Shown piece by piece: positions 35,237-49,967 of a stretch of 64,000 nucleotides of DNA; the first letter of the stretch is position 1, and each line of letters starts with the position of its first letter. Under the pieces are notes generated by a model. That model searched no databases. It saw only the letters and a program-made list of their open reading frames with translations, and had not been told where the DNA came from. This DNA is from Eledone cirrhosa (taxonomy: Eukaryota). The DNA is taken from positions 203,608,001-203,672,000 of the forward strand of contig OZ024742.1 in the NCBI GenBank assembly GCA_964016885.1. Direction: 5' to 3'. The translations under genes and the position numbers were made by a program.

Positions 35237-35802
35237 TTAGGATTGGTGCTCTGAAATAGCGATGTATACATGAATGTATGTATAGTATATTTGGCAATAT
35301 ACCGTATGTTTAATTAAAAACATTTTGAAGACCATACGCTATCGGTTTTAAAGTAGTGACTATGTCACTTACTTCTTTTCGGCGAAAGAAGAGAGAGAAG
35401 CTAACAGTCTGTTTCACGCTGTTTGGCGATCATCAGAGCCACACACTCCCTGCTTCCGCCGAAAATTATAGAAGCTGGATTCTTATAGAATTCCAGTAAT
35501 AATCAGGAGCTGATTATACAGAGCGATTGCCCGTCTAGCAAAAATTAGGTATTAGGATTGGTGCTCTGAAATAGCGATGTATACATAAATGTATGTATAG
35601 TATATTTGGCAGCATGGCTCCGATGATCTCCAAACAGCGTGAAACAGTCTGTTAGCTTCTCTCCCTTCTTTCGCCGAAAAGAAGTAAGTGACATAGTCAC
35701 TACTTTAAAACCGATAGCGTATGGTCTTCAAAATGTTTTTACTTAAACATACGGTATATTGCCAAATATACTATACATACATTCATGTATACATCGCTAT
35801 TT
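35237..35802. mobile_element. Non-coding HHR module in tandem + inverted arrangement (HHRs 35399-35440 minus; 35616-35657 plus, mutated core)
   Basis: rc: ggct-CTGATGA-tcgc caaaca gcgt-GAAA-cagactg-TT-agct; 35237-35295 repeated at 35552-35610; 35615-35802 inverted. Confidence 0.85.
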
Positions 35803-36209
35803 AGGTGGAAATATTCTTATTTAAAGTATGTACTGTTTTCCTATATCATATTTTATCCTTGATAGGATATTTCCCAAAGCGAACGAAACCCTAAGGGTAG
35901 AAACGTAATCCTGGTATGTGTATATGCATTTTTTCTTCTAACTTTAATTTTATACCTAATTGTGTATGGTTGACGGTATATTTAATCGATTTCCACGTGC
36001 TGTTGAAATGTTGGGTAAATATTCTATAGCGGTTGGTCGCGAATAGACTGGTGTCGTTTATTTATCCACAATTTCTTCATAGGTGCCTTTTAATCTCATA
36101 GCCTGGTTTAATTGATTCTTTGTGTGGTTGATTATGCTAATTGGGAGAGGAAATGGTATATATATATATTATCAAATGATTCTATGGACATACTTTATAG
36201 TATATTTAT

Positions 36210-36869
36210 AGAGCTTCGATGATGCTGTACTAAATGTTGTATTATTATCTCCTAGAATTAACGATTAATTGATTAATTTAATTCGACAATTCTATTGATT
36301 GATTAATTATTTACATTTGTTTGATAACTTCTAGTTGAGTGCTTAATTCGGTTTGTGCAAAGGAATTTTATTCCTTTGTTCTAAATTTGAATTGACCGCC
36401 AAAACCGGGGGTTACCTCCCTCCGGAAAAACCATGTGCCTTCTAACAGTGCTTACTGCTAGCATTCACACCCGGGCGGACGAGAACGAAAAACTTATTGA
36501 CGAAGTAAATTCCTTGTTCTATCTTCCAAAAACTATTAACTTGCAGACCCAGCAAGTGGATTTTGTCGATTTACAGAAACCTAGCGGAGATATTATATGT
36601 TTTATGTGATGCATATTACATGGTATATATCATGTGTTGTATATGATGTCGACGCGACGGTCCAGGTTAGTCAAATTTTTATCCTGCGTTCATTTGTTTT
36701 CGTCGCTATGGTCACTGCGACCTGTCTATTGGTCGGTGTCTTCAATTTGCAAAGCTGTCTAAACATAATATTATAACTCTAGGGTAATATACCCTATTGA
36801 GTGCTTAGCTGCACACCGAGATTGCATTCGTTAGCTTCACTGCAACCAGAGCTTCGATGATGCTGTACT

Positions 36870-36872
<3 letters not shown>
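36210..36872 (+). mobile_element. Non-coding partial-tandem unit (~640 bp) related to 28250-28890, with extended HHR 36491-36668
   Basis: Terminal repeat agagcttcgatgatgctgtacta at 36210 and 36848; aactta-TTGACGA-agtaaat...atttaca-GAAA-cc...gg-TC-caggtt. Confidence 0.72.
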
Positions 36873-36947
<75 letters not shown>

Positions 36948-37504
36948 TATAAATATATATATATAACGAAGCATTTTTTTTAAAATCATGAATTTATCTA
37001 TGACTGCATTATCCAATGTTCACTTCCTTTTTAAAGACAGCGAAATATTGCTGTGAGGAAAGATAGTTGGCTACTATTAACAACACGCGACACCATTTAC
37101 ATAAATGCTATTGGTATTTATCCAACTATAAAGGAAAGAAAAATGACGATTCTCAAGCATACACAGAACAGTTGCAGATACCACATTTGGTCAATTGGGG
37201 TGTGGAAATAATTCATTAAATTACAATCAACATGGATTTTATAAGTTCCTCGGAGACACTCAATATGTATCTACAACAAACCACAATATATCACGGGGAA
37301 CACAAAACAGTTTACCTACCTTCTAAATATACCAGGAAAAAACAACAAACCTTTCTTAAAATACACTTTTATCTTTGTCTTTAAAAAAAAATGTCAGATA
37401 CACACAATATATGAAGGAAGTACTGAGTGTATCGTCATGGTAACTGCGTCTTTGATAAGAGATGTACTGGATAGGGTTTGTCCTGAGGCTAGACAAAAAC
37501 AACA

Positions 37505-37521
37505 ACTACTACTACTACTAC

Positions 37522-37579
<58 letters not shown>
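37505..37579. repeat. (CTA)n microsatellite
   Basis: direct reading. Confidence 0.95.
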
Positions 37580-37581
<2 letters not shown>

Positions 37582-37696
37582 AGCACCCGCAACAACAACT
37601 ACAACCCAAAGAAACAAATCATATTGAGAAATGGCAAAACACATTCAACATATATAACACAGTAACCGACATTTAGATACATACATACACACATAC

Positions 37697-37864
37697 ATGG
37701 TGGCTGCCAACTCGTTCTCGAGTACGGTCACTACTTTATATCCATGTAGGAGAACGCCTACCGATGCGCTGAACGAGTGTGACTTTTTAGTCCAGCCAGC
37801 GACTTGAAAACTCTGGTACAAACACTACACTTGTGACAATTATTGACACATAATGCTAGGCCCA
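37697..37864 (-). mobile_element. RTE-derived non-autonomous element, 3' fragment
   Basis: [22 protein letters not shown] zinc finger + 3' UTR; same as 39068. Confidence 0.8.
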
Positions 37865-37928
37865 TACACACACACACACATACATACATACATACATACA
37901 CACATACATACATACATACATACATACA

Positions 37929-37960
<32 letters not shown>

Positions 37961-38056
37961 CACATACATACATATGTATATACATACACACATACATACA
38001 CACATACATACATACATACATACATACATACATACATACATACATACATACATACA

Positions 38057-38985
38057 TAAATCTCTCACCCAGAGAAATCGGAAGATCCTATTCAATGTTC
38101 AAACAAGATTAAAAAATTGACCAATTTACAGAAAAAGTTGTGCATGGATACTTGAGGCGTAAAACACAGACCATAGAGGGGAAAAACCACTCAAAAAGCC
38201 TGGCATGGAGTTCCGACAAGTTTATGACATCACACCTTGAGGGATATCTCTATGCAATACAGGAACAAGAACTCCCTACCAAATATCTGCTGCACAAAAG
38301 AGGAGGGCCAGCAGCTGACAATAAAGGTAGGCTATGTAAAACAAAGATCGAGGATGTAAGCCACATTGTTGCCAGCTGCGAAAGAATGTCATCTCGCTAC
38401 TACTTCCCCATGAGACACGATGGGATAGCTAGAACCATCTGGAACGCACTTCGGAAAACAAAATTAACAACAAACGAGGAAGAATATATTGAGACAGATG
38501 GCACTAAGGAATACTGGTGGAACCTGAAAATAAAAACTGCCACCAAATTAAAGCACAACCGGCCTGATATTGTAGTTTGGGACCACACATTGAAAACGTG
38601 TTCTGTTGTGGAGATCAGCTGCCCACTTGATGTAAACGTTGTCAGAAAAATACAGGAGAAGGAGGACATCTACGGACCATTGATGAGGAGTTTACAAATC
38701 CAGTCTCCCAGATACATCTTTAGCTTCATACCCATCATTATTGGTGCTACGTGTTATATACCAACCCGTTTGGACCAAAGTATAACTGAACTTGGATTTG
38801 CGGACAAAAAGCGCAGCTCCCTAATACATAGTCTACAAATGGCTGCGATAGCTGGCACCTTCAAAATTTGCAAAACATTCTTGCGATTCATGGGATGACA
38901 ATTTCTTTTCTTTTACAACCTTGCCACCAGGAAGGTGGCCGGTCAAAAAAATATACTCGAAATTAAGAGAAAGAGAAAACATAAA
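38057..38985 (+). mobile_element. 5'-truncated R4/Dong-like LINE (CCHC + restriction-like endonuclease)
   Basis: ORF 38140-38898: AIQEQEL, LCKTKIEDVSHIVASC, RHD, NRPDIVVWD, VEISCP; (CATA)n both sides. Confidence 0.9.
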
Positions 38986-39067
38986 CATACATACATACAT
39001 ACAAACATACATATACACATACATACGCATATACATACATATATACATACATACATACATACATACA

Positions 39068-39630
39068 TGGTGGCTGCCAACTCGTTCACGGGTACGGCAA
39101 CTACTTTATATCCATATAGGAGAACCCCTACCGATGCGCTGAACAAGTGTGACTTTTTAGTCCAGCCAGCGACGTGAAAACTCTGGTACAAACACTACAC
39201 TTGTGACAATTATTGACACATAGTGCTGGGCCCATGGTACCATGTGATGACAAGTGCAGAGAGATCTCCAGATATAAAGCAATACCTGTGCCGTGAAGCT
39301 TTTATAGTGAGCAAAGGCACTGCACAAAGCCAGTCCCACTCTCTTAACCAAGATGATATTTACCAAAAAGAACAAGTCAACATCATTGGATACCATCAGG
39401 GTTGCAGGTGTTATATGAGAGTTTTCCTTCTCCTAGAATTCTGCCTTGACAAAGGCTAAGGGGTCATCTCTCCCGGTGATTTTGGATGGCCATCGACTCA
39501 TACGAGCTCCTTTGCCCTTTGACAGGTTTTGTTTTTAGTCCTGCAGGATGTCCAAAGTCACCCTCCTCACCAAGAAACCTTGGTGGGGTTGCCAGTTTAG
39601 TCGCCAACGACGCGACCATGGGACGGGTCA
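39068..39630 (-). mobile_element. Bipartite RTE-derived non-autonomous element
   Basis: rc has ctaggagaaggaaaactct 5'-UTR-like part fused to zinc finger + 3' UTR + (TATG)n tail. Confidence 0.75.
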
Positions 39631-39989
39631 TATATACATATATACATACATACATATATACATACATACATATATATATACATACATACATATATACATG
39701 CATACATATACATATACATACATACACATATACATACATACACAGAACATATATATATATACATACAATATATATATATATATGTATACATACATACAAT
39801 ATATATATAAACATACATATATATATATATATGCATATACATACAATATATATATATATATACATACATACAATATATATATATACATACATACAATATA
39901 TATACATACATACATACAATATATATATACATACATACAATATAAATATATATATATACATACATACAATATATATACATACATACATA

Positions 39990-40600
39990 TATGGTGGCTG
40001 CCAACTCGTTTTCGAGTACGGCCACTACTTTATATCCATGCAGGAGAACCCCTACCGATGCGCTGAACGAGTGTGACTTTTTAGTCCAGCCAGCGACTTG
40101 AAAACTCTGGTACAAACACTACACTTGTGACAATTATTGACACATAGTGCTGGGCCCACGGTACCATGTGATGACAAGTGCAGAGAGATCTCCAGATATG
40201 AAGCAATGCCTGTGCCGTAAAGCTTTTATAGTGAGCAAAGGCACTGTACAAAGCCAGTCCCACTCTCTTAACCAAGATGATATTTACCAAAAAGAAGAAC
40301 AAGTCAACATCATTGGATACCATCAGGGTTGCAGGTGTTATATGAGAGTTTTCCTTCTACTAGAATTCTGCCTTGACAAAGGATAAGGGGTCATCTCTCC
40401 CGGTGATTTTGGATGGCCATTGACTCTTAAGAGCTCTTTTGCCCTTTGACAGGTTTTATTTTTAGTCCTGCAGGATGTCCAAAGTCACCCTCCTCACCAA
40501 GAAACCTTGGTGGGGTTGCCAGTTTAGTCGCCAACGACCCGACCATGAGACAGGTTGTACTGGGATACATGTTACCAGTAGCACCAACTGGTGACCTGAT
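39990..40600 (-). mobile_element. Bipartite RTE-derived non-autonomous element (longest copy)
   Basis: Near-identical to 39068-39630, extends further 5'. Confidence 0.75.
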
Positions 40601-40663
40601 ATACATATATATATATATACATACATACAATATATACATATACATACATATATATACATACAT

Positions 40664-40709
<46 letters not shown>

Positions 40710-40988
40710 CATACATATATATATACATACACACATACATACATACATATATATACACATACAATATATATATATATATATACACATACATACAATATAT
40801 ATATATATATATATACATACATACAATATACATACATGCATACAATATATATATATATATATACATACATACAATATGTATATATGCATACATACAATAT
40901 ATATATATATACATACATACATATACACACATACATACATACATACATATATATATATACATACATATATACATACATATATACATAC

Positions 40989-41021
<33 letters not shown>

Positions 41022-41111
41022 ATTATTAATAATAATAAATTTCAAGACTAAAATCCAAAGAGGGCTCGATAAGGATAAATATATATCAAATATATAAGAA
41101 CCGTAGAGCAA

Positions 41112-42840
41112 ATATTTATTAAAATAACAGATTAAAGTTTAAGCAAAGAATCGCTGCTTTCACCCTTAACGGGATCTTCTGAAACTAACAAAGTCAATCT
41201 GTAAACGCAGAACTGGATATTTCAAAAAATGTTGCAACCGGAGGAAGACAGGAAGACGATACTTTGGTTTGTGGAAACGTTCGCTGGCAAAGAACGGGAA
41301 AAAACGAATAAAATACGTCATTAATAGGAGCGGTGAAAAACAATTACGCGCAAAGACAGAACCACGTTTATGGTATAAAAGAGGTCGTAGACTAATGTTT
41401 TTTTAGGTGGTTCATAGAGACGTTCTCTGGCAATGAACGAAAAAAACGAAGATAATACGTCATATGTGGAGCGTGGAGAACAATAGCACGCAAAGACAAA
41501 ACCACGTAAATGGTATAGCAGAAGTCGTAGACTAAAATTCTAACACGCATACCCATTCTTTTCGTTACCCTCTAAGAAGGAATATGACGTCACTTTCAGC
41601 TTATATCTGGAGTCTAGAAGACAACCACACCCAATATAAGTTACACTGGGAGATCCTAGCTAGGGCTAGATCGTATAACGGAAATAAAAGACCTTGTGAC
41701 CTCTGCGCCACTGAGGCCCTGGAAATACTCTGCGCCACAGACCACATCTTAAACAAAAAATCTGAGGCAATTTCGGCTTGTAAACATAAATTGCACAAAA
41801 CTTTCCTGTATTACAGCCCCACGTTATACCCTAATGGATAGTACGATCTATACGTGGATATTATACGTCTTGATGTGGGAGCTAAGTATATGTTTTGTTT
41901 ATACCATTACTTATTTGCATAGGTAAGTATATTTACCCGTATGTTTCGTGAAGGTACGTATACCTTTTCGTATGTATATTTGATTGTTTATGTTAAGGCC
42001 TATAAACTTTTTTTATTTTTTTAATTCTGGTACATATGGTTTGGCTATGTGTATACGGGAGTTTTGCGTCTGCGTGAGTATGCAGGTTCGTACGTATGTA
42101 GGGTGTGTGTATATGTGTACTTCATGTTTTGGTTGACTTTCGTCTCCGAACATTCGTGTATTTACATGTAGGTATGTGTGTGCGCTTGTTATTTACGTTT
42201 TTATTTATATACGTTTATATATTATTTATTTATTTGTATACACGCATACACACACATATTTATATGTGTGTGGTTTTGTATACCTATGGTAAGTGTTTTG
42301 CGTATGCTTGTGTATGTACGTATTTGTTTGCGTGTATGTATTTATTTATTTATATTACTTATGTATTTATTTACTTTGTTCTTAACTCTGTAGCGGAGAT
42401 TCATTCGGTCTCCTAGTTAGAATTTTAGTCTACGACTTCTGCTATACCATTTACGTAATTTTGTCTTTGCGTGCTATTGTTCTCCACGCTCCACATATGA
42501 CGTATTATCTTCGTTTTTTTCGTTCATTGCCAGAGAACGTCTCTATGAACCACCTAAGAGAACATTAGTCTACGACCTCTTTTATACCATAAACGTGGTT
42601 CTGTCTTTGCGCGTAATTGTTTTTCACCGCTCCTATTAATGACGTATCTTATTCGTTTTTTCCCGTTCTTTGCCAGCGAACGTTTCCACAAACCAAAGTA
42701 TCGTCTTCCTGTCTTCCTCCGGTTGCAACGTTTTTTGAAATATCCAGTTCTGCGTTTACAGATTGACTTTGTTAGTTTCAGAAGATCCCGTTAAGGGTGA
42801 AAGCAGCGATACTTTGCTTAAACTTTAATCTGTTATTTTA

Positions 42841-42848
<8 letters not shown>
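41112..42848 (+). mobile_element. 5'-truncated PLE (GIY-YIG end + 3' UTR) with inverted terminal copy 41112-41543 / 42416-42848
   Basis: ORF 41584-41841 TSLSAYIWSL...CDLCATE...LNKKSEAISACKH; same family as 62207-64000. Confidence 0.9.
42774..42824 (+). ncRNA. Hammerhead-like motif with CAGAAGA core (copies 41136-41186 minus, 61026-61069 minus)
   Basis: agttt-CAGAAGA-tccc gttaa gggt-GAAA-gca gcgatactt tgc-TT-aaact. Confidence 0.6.
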
Positions 42849-42907
<59 letters not shown>

Positions 42908-42980
42908 CATACATACATACATACATACATACATACATACATACATACATACATACATACATACATACATACATACATAC

Positions 42981-45900
42981 AATGGCGACCGTTGTGGTCA
43001 GTGTCCGATAATCGGACGTGTGTAATTACGGCTTACATGAAGGCAACATACCATATATTGGAAAAAGTTGAGCTACATTACGCGGTAAGATTACATACAA
43101 TAATTCTACATAAGTGTTTGAACTGTAAGTGTGTTGTAAAACACCTATTTATTTGAACGATACATACACTTATGATATATGAACGATACATACACTTTAA
43201 CATATAAATGCAACGTTATTGCATTTATAAAGAAATATGCAAGTAACGTTTTCGATTCAGAAACAAAAACATAAGTCTTTGAACTGTGAACATGTTGTGA
43301 ATAAGTTGTAGAACACCTATTTATATGAATGATACATAAACTTTAACATATAAATACGGCGTTGTTATATTATATTACATTCATAAAGAAATATACTAAG
43401 TAACGGTTTTTTGTTTTTTTTTGTTCTCGATTCAAACGATTCAAGAACAACGTTTAAAACACAGTTGTAGAATTAAAAACTAACTGAAAAGAAATATTAC
43501 TCAAGCTGTGAATAACTTTAAATTTGATTCTGACAGAACTTTGTCGAAACTTTTAAAGAAGATCATCGACTATTTTGAAAAATAAATACAAATTATTAGT
43601 GAATAGACGAACTCATGATGGCAAAACGTACAAGTCTCCTTCGACCAAATCGCAACTACAACCGTTGTATACAGTGGAGCTACGAGCTTAACAAAGAATT
43701 ATCTGAAGCATAAAACAATCTGAACCCCAAAAGTTCGGTTTTATGCAAAGGCTAAAAACTTTATGGCACTCCAAACACCCGGAATTAGACTTTTCTCCAA
43801 AGCATTTAAATGAACAGGCAAAACGTATCATTAGATGTAAATTGATACATCTAACGGAATTGAGTGATACTACAAATACAGCCCTTGAAGACAACCACCC
43901 CACCTCCACTGACAGACAAAGAGAATGGCCAGCTAAATCTAACAGTGAACAGCTCACCGACAATTTTGCTGAAATCCATCCCACTTCCACTGAAGAACAG
44001 CGAGAATGGTCAGCTAAATCTAGCAGTAATTGTCACCACATCAACAACGAGGCTGAAATTCATCACTCTACTGTACAAACAGAACACCAAAAGCTTGTGG
44101 ACACCTTACAAGTGATATAGGACGATATGTTTCAAGAGATACACAGCCTTAATGTGAGTGACAGACCATACAACACCAGAATCAGTAAAGAACCCACTAA
44201 ATTGGAAATGGAAGCGGTGAACGAAATAGCTGGCAATTATCTGAAGGCTATACGATCTAAAGGTGTAGAAACGACATTTGAAACGCTTAATATTTTGTTA
44301 TATGTTTGAGCTGTCACATTGCTATCATATAACACACATCTAAAACCACGCAATCAAGATACAAACAAAAAGCCTGAACCAGCGTGGATGCGAAATTTAA
44401 AAAGCAAAATTTTGTCCCTGAGACGAAGTATCTCACACATCGCAGTCGTTATGAAATGCAACATAGAGAGCAACTTCACACGACACCAGGAAGACCTACA
44501 GAAAAAGTTAGAGAGACGATTTGGAGATACAAAATTTAAAACTTTAAACTCCAAATTACACCAGTTGAAACAATAACTCACAGCTACAACAGAAAGACTA
44601 AAATATAAGTCAACAGCACATAAACGACAAGTGCTAAATATATTGTTTGCCAGAGATCCTAAATCAGTTTATCGCAGCTTCGGTGGCAAAAGCTCAATCC
44701 CTGTAAATGACACCCCTTCAAAAGAACAGGTTGAGAGCTACTGGAGATTTGTATGGGAAATGGATGACGGATTCAACAGACAAACTAATTGGCTAAAAGA
44801 ACTGGAACAGGACTACTGCCAATAGGTCCAGACAAAACAATATGACATAGATGGGTCAAAACTGGAAACAGCTCTACAGAAAATGTCGAATAGGAAATCA
44901 CCAGGCCCAAGACCTCCTTACAGGATACTGGTTGAAGAATTTCACTTTCTATCGGCAAGATCTCATACGGCTGTTTACAGAAACCATTAAAGGCACACAA
45001 GAACTGCCCAGATGGTTATCAACTGCCACTACTCTCCTCATTCCCAAAAATAGCCAAACCACCCTTTGCTAAAAATTACCGCCCAATAGCCTGCCAAAAC
45101 ATCATGTATAAATTATATACTGGGTGCCTTAACCTGTTCTTACAGGATCACTGTGCTACCAACACCATCATAACACCTGAGCAAGCTGGTGGAAAGAGGG
45201 AGGTGTGGGGTTGCATAGATCACCTACTAACTAATAAAATGATTCAAGAAAAAACAACAAAGAATCGCAGAAACATGACTGTGGTGTGGCTGGACTATCA
45301 AAATTCATTTGATAGTGTACCTCATGGGTGGATTGTTAAGGCTTTACAGTTAGCCAAAGTCCCACAACCACTGGTAGCTGCTGTTGAACGTCTGACCAAG
45401 AACTGGTACACCAATTTGATCGTTAGAGGTGAGAAGGAGCAAGTTAAGACTGATAAGATACATTACCAGAAGGGCATCTTTCAGGGTGATAGCTTGTCAG
45501 TGCTACTCTTTGTTCTCTCACTAAATCCACTACCTTACCTACTCAGGAAACAAGGTGGACAAAGAAGTGGGTCCAGAAGTATCTCCCATCTTTTCTCTGT
45601 TGATGACCTGAAGTTGTATGGGCCAAATATCAATGACATCAAGAAACAATTGGACCTCATTACACAATTTTCAACAGACATCAAAATGAAATTTGGTGAG
45701 TCCAAGTGTGCATATTTGGCAATAAAACGTGGAAGAGCTGTGCCCTCCTCTAGAAATCTAGAGATGAACGGCCTGACAATACAACCTCTACAGTCAGGTG
45801 ACAACTACAGATATCTTGGACAGGATGAGAATGTCAGATATGATGGACTCATAAATAAGGAGATAACCAGAACTGAATACCTCAGAAGAGTAAAGAAAAT

Positions 45901-47210
45901 ATAGTCATCAGAACTGTCAGCGTACAACAAATACATTGCCCACAATACTTATGCTGTGCCAATTCTAACGCCAACATTTGCCCTGCTGAACTGGTCATTG
46001 CAAGAACTAAGTGAGATGGATGTTAGAACTCATAAACTTCTCAGTGTTACTGGGAACTTTAACATCAATGGTGATGTGGATAGGCTATACTTCTCACGCA
46101 AGGAAGGTGGCCTGGGTCTAAAATCCATATTAACATCATATGAGACCCGGATAGTAACACTGAAGAAACACCTGCAACAGAGGAAAAAGGTTGGCAACCA
46201 TCTTGCCGAGGTTTATGAGCATGAAAAAAATATATATCATTAGAATAGCGACTGATCTGGAGGAGAGACATGGAATAAAGCCTGATATAAATCTCTCACC
46301 CAGAGAAATTGGAAGATCCTATTCAATGTTCAAACAAGATGAAAAAATTGACCAATTTACAGAAAAAGTTGTGCATGTATACTTGAGACATAAAACAGAG
46401 ACCATAGAGGGGATAAACCACTCAAAAGGCCTGGCATGGAGTTCCGACAGGTTTATGACATCACACCTTGAGGGATATCTCTATGCAATACAGGAACAAG
46501 AACTCCCTACTAAATATCTGCTGCACAACAGGTGAGGGCCATCAGCTGACAATAAATGTAGGCTATGTAAAACAAAGATCGAGGATGTAAGCCACATTGT
46601 TGCCAGCTGCGAAAGAATGTCATCTCGCTACTACCTCCCCATGAGACACGATGGGATAGCTAGAACCATCTGGAACGCACTTCGGAAAACAAAATTAACA
46701 ACAAACGAGGAAGAATATATTGAGACAGATGGCACTAAGGAATACTGGTGGAACCTGTAAATAAAAACTGCCACCAAATTAAAGCACAACCCGCCTGATA
46801 TTGTTGTTTGGAACCACACATTGAAAAGGTGTTCTGTTGTGGAGATCAACTGCCCACTTGATGTAAACGTTGTCAGAAAAATACAGGAGAAGGAGGACAT
46901 CTACGGACTATTGATGAGGAGTTTACAAATCCAGTATCCAAGATACACCTTTAGCTTCATAACCATCATTATTGGAGCTACGGGTTATATACCAACCCGC
47001 TTGGACCAAAGTATGACTGAACTTGGATTTGCGGACAAAGAGCGCAGCTCCCTAATTCATAGTCTACAAATGGCTGCGATAGCTGGCACCTTCAAAATTT
47101 TCAAAACATTCTTGCGATTCAAGGGATGACAATTTCTTTTCTTTTATAACCTTGCCACCAGGAAGGTGGCCGGTCAAAAAATATACTCGAAATTAAGAGA
47201 AAGAGATAAC
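42981..47210 (+). mobile_element. Near full-length R4/Dong-like non-LTR retrotransposon (RT + CCHC + RLE), decayed
   Basis: ORF pieces 43743-47129: WLDYQNSFDSVPHGW, GIFQGDSLSVLLFVLSLNPL, SHLFSVDDLKLY, YRYLG, RKEGGLGL, VVEINCP; starts right after (CATA)n. Confidence 0.92.
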
Positions 47211-47538
47211 ATCCTATATGTACATGTGTGTTGTGTATGTATATGTCTGTGTATATGTATGTATGTATATATCTACTAACACACATACACACACACGGCA
47301 ATACACACACACACACATATATATATATATCCACACATCTGGCCTTCCCACTGCCTTAATAAAAGTGAGATTAACTGGCCAGAGGGCTTTCATATTCTTT
47401 CGCTACCCAATATATTTTGTTTAGCCATCCATACACTACCATTTTGGCACATTCATAGACATTCACACCGATACATACATAGATACATACATACATACAT
47501 ACATATAAATATATATATGTGTGTGTGTGTGTGTGTGC

Positions 47539-47611
<73 letters not shown>

Positions 47612-47785
47612 CGCGTGTGTGTGCGCGCGTGTGTGCGTGCGTGTGCGTTTGCGTGCGCGTTTGTATGTATGTATGTATATATGATCGAACATAAACAGGA
47701 AAACAAATTATCTAACCTAAAGCTCAGAATCATTTGTACACACAAATATACAAATGTATGTACATAGGAAAGAAATATATATATA

Positions 47786-47878
<93 letters not shown>

Positions 47879-47961
47879 GTACATATATATATATATATAT
47901 TTGGGTATGTGTGTGTATATATGCATGTGTATATATATATACATACTTACATATGTTTATG

Positions 47962-48003
<42 letters not shown>

Positions 48004-48334
48004 TATGTGTGCGTGTGTGTGTATGTGTGTGTGCGTGTGTCTGTGTGTACATGTTACACATATTTATTATACTAAATGTTTAACGAATCAACTATTGATT
48101 CTCTACGTGGTGACCGCTCTACCTGTCAGAAATAGTACCCAAAATACCCGCACATCACACTACCTTCTTAAATATTATTACATAAAACACATACACATAA
48201 ACACGATTGTGTTCAAGTTTGATCATTTTTAATAAAGTTTTTTCTTATTTTCTTTGCAGTTTTTGTGTATGTTTGGAATCAAATTTAAACACATTCTCAT
48301 ATTCAATGTAACACAGACACAGACAGACAGAGGG

Positions 48335-48375
<41 letters not shown>

Positions 48376-48481
48376 CTGTTATACTTTGGGAGGGTCATGC
48401 TGCCAATAAAAACACATGCATTTGTTGATTTTCGCTTTATTTCTTATAAATTTCCGGTTGGAAAACAAATTCAAAAACGAA

Positions 48482-48550
<69 letters not shown>

Positions 48551-48594
48551 TGCATGTATGTATATATATGTATGTATGTATCTATGTATGCATG

Positions 48595-49037
48595 TCAATG
48601 GCCATCCAAAATCACCGAATGAGATGATCCCTTATCCTTTGTCAAGGCAGAATTCTAGGAGAAGGAAAACTCTGATATAACACCTGCAACCCTGATGGTA
48701 TCCAATGATGTTGACTTGTTCTTCTTTTTGGTAAATATCATCTTGGTTAAGAGAGTGGGACTGGCTTTGTGCAGTGCCTTTGCTCACTATAAAAGCTTTG
48801 CTCACTATAAAAGCACACGCATTGCTTTATATCTGGAGATCTCTCTGCACTTGTCGCCACATGGTACCATGGGCCCAGCATTATGTGTCAATAATTGTCA
48901 CAAGTGTAGTGTTTGTACCAGAGTTTTCAAGTCGCTGGCTGGACTAAAAATTCACACTCGTTCAGCGCATCGGTAGGGGTTCTCCTACATGGATATAAAG
49001 TAGTGGCCGTACTCGAAAACGAGTTGGCAGCCACCAT
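48595..49037 (+). mobile_element. Bipartite RTE-derived non-autonomous element
   Basis: Reverse complement of 39068-39490; ends gcagccacca(TGTA)n. Confidence 0.78.
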
Positions 49038-49121
49038 GTATGTATGTATGTATGTATATATATATGCCTGTATGTATGTATGTATGTATATATATATGCC
49101 TGTATGTATGTATGTATGTAT

Positions 49122-49935
49122 TCATGGCGTTCACTGGAGGGACCACATCAGTGATGTCGAGATTTTGGAAAGCTCTATGTGTGACAGTATAGAAGCTCTT
49201 GTGCTTAAGCAACGACTCCGTTGGAGTGGTCACCTTGCCAGGATGAAGGATTCTAGAATACCAAAACAACTCTTTTATGGAGAGTTGGTTAAAGGAAAAC
49301 GACCGCCACATAAACCAAAAAAGAGGTATAAGGATTCCTTGAAAGCCTCTTTGAAAGACGCTAACTTCTCTGATGATACATGGGAAAATATTGCTGCTGA
49401 TCGTAATAAATGGAGAAAGACTGTATATGAGGGAAAAGTTCCTTTGAGGCATCTCGAATCGCATACGAGAAAGTAAAGCGGGGTGTGAGGAAGGGCATTG
49501 CTGTTGCACTTCCAGACGGCGAGGGTCCTCCTATGGTGCTGACATGCAGCATCTGTGCGGGACTCTGCCTAAGCAAAGCTGGACTCGAAAGTCATCTTCG
49601 CAGTCATAAAGTAAGACCAGTGGTTGACTACCAGGCTGCTGTTGGAGATGCTATTCATCATGCTTGCCAAACATGTGGTAGAGAATGTAGATCAGCAGGA
49701 GGGCTCAAGCGACATGCAAAAGTACATGAACTCCAACCACAGCCGACTATTCCCAGTAAATGTTTTGGTTGCCGACTCTGTGCAAGACATTTTAGATCAC
49801 TGGCTGGGCTTAAAAGCCACATTCGATCGCAGCGCTGTTAGTTGCTATCGTATGTGTGTATAGTTATGTTTTTGTGTGCTTTTGTGTGTGCGTGTGTGCA
49901 TATTATTATTGTTGTTGTTGTCGTTATTATTATTG

Positions 49936-49967
<32 letters not shown>

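Noticed and set aside
40505-40600. HDV-like ribozyme at the RTE 5' end (acc-tgtctcat-ggt; gtcg-ttgg-cgac-taa)
   Set aside because: Could not build consistent P1/P2/P1.1 pairings across the 32600, 39600 and 40550 copies
49485-49841. Host C2H2 zinc-finger gene
   Set aside because: Directly follows the RTE RT C-terminus and precedes an RTE 3' end; part of the LINE ORF
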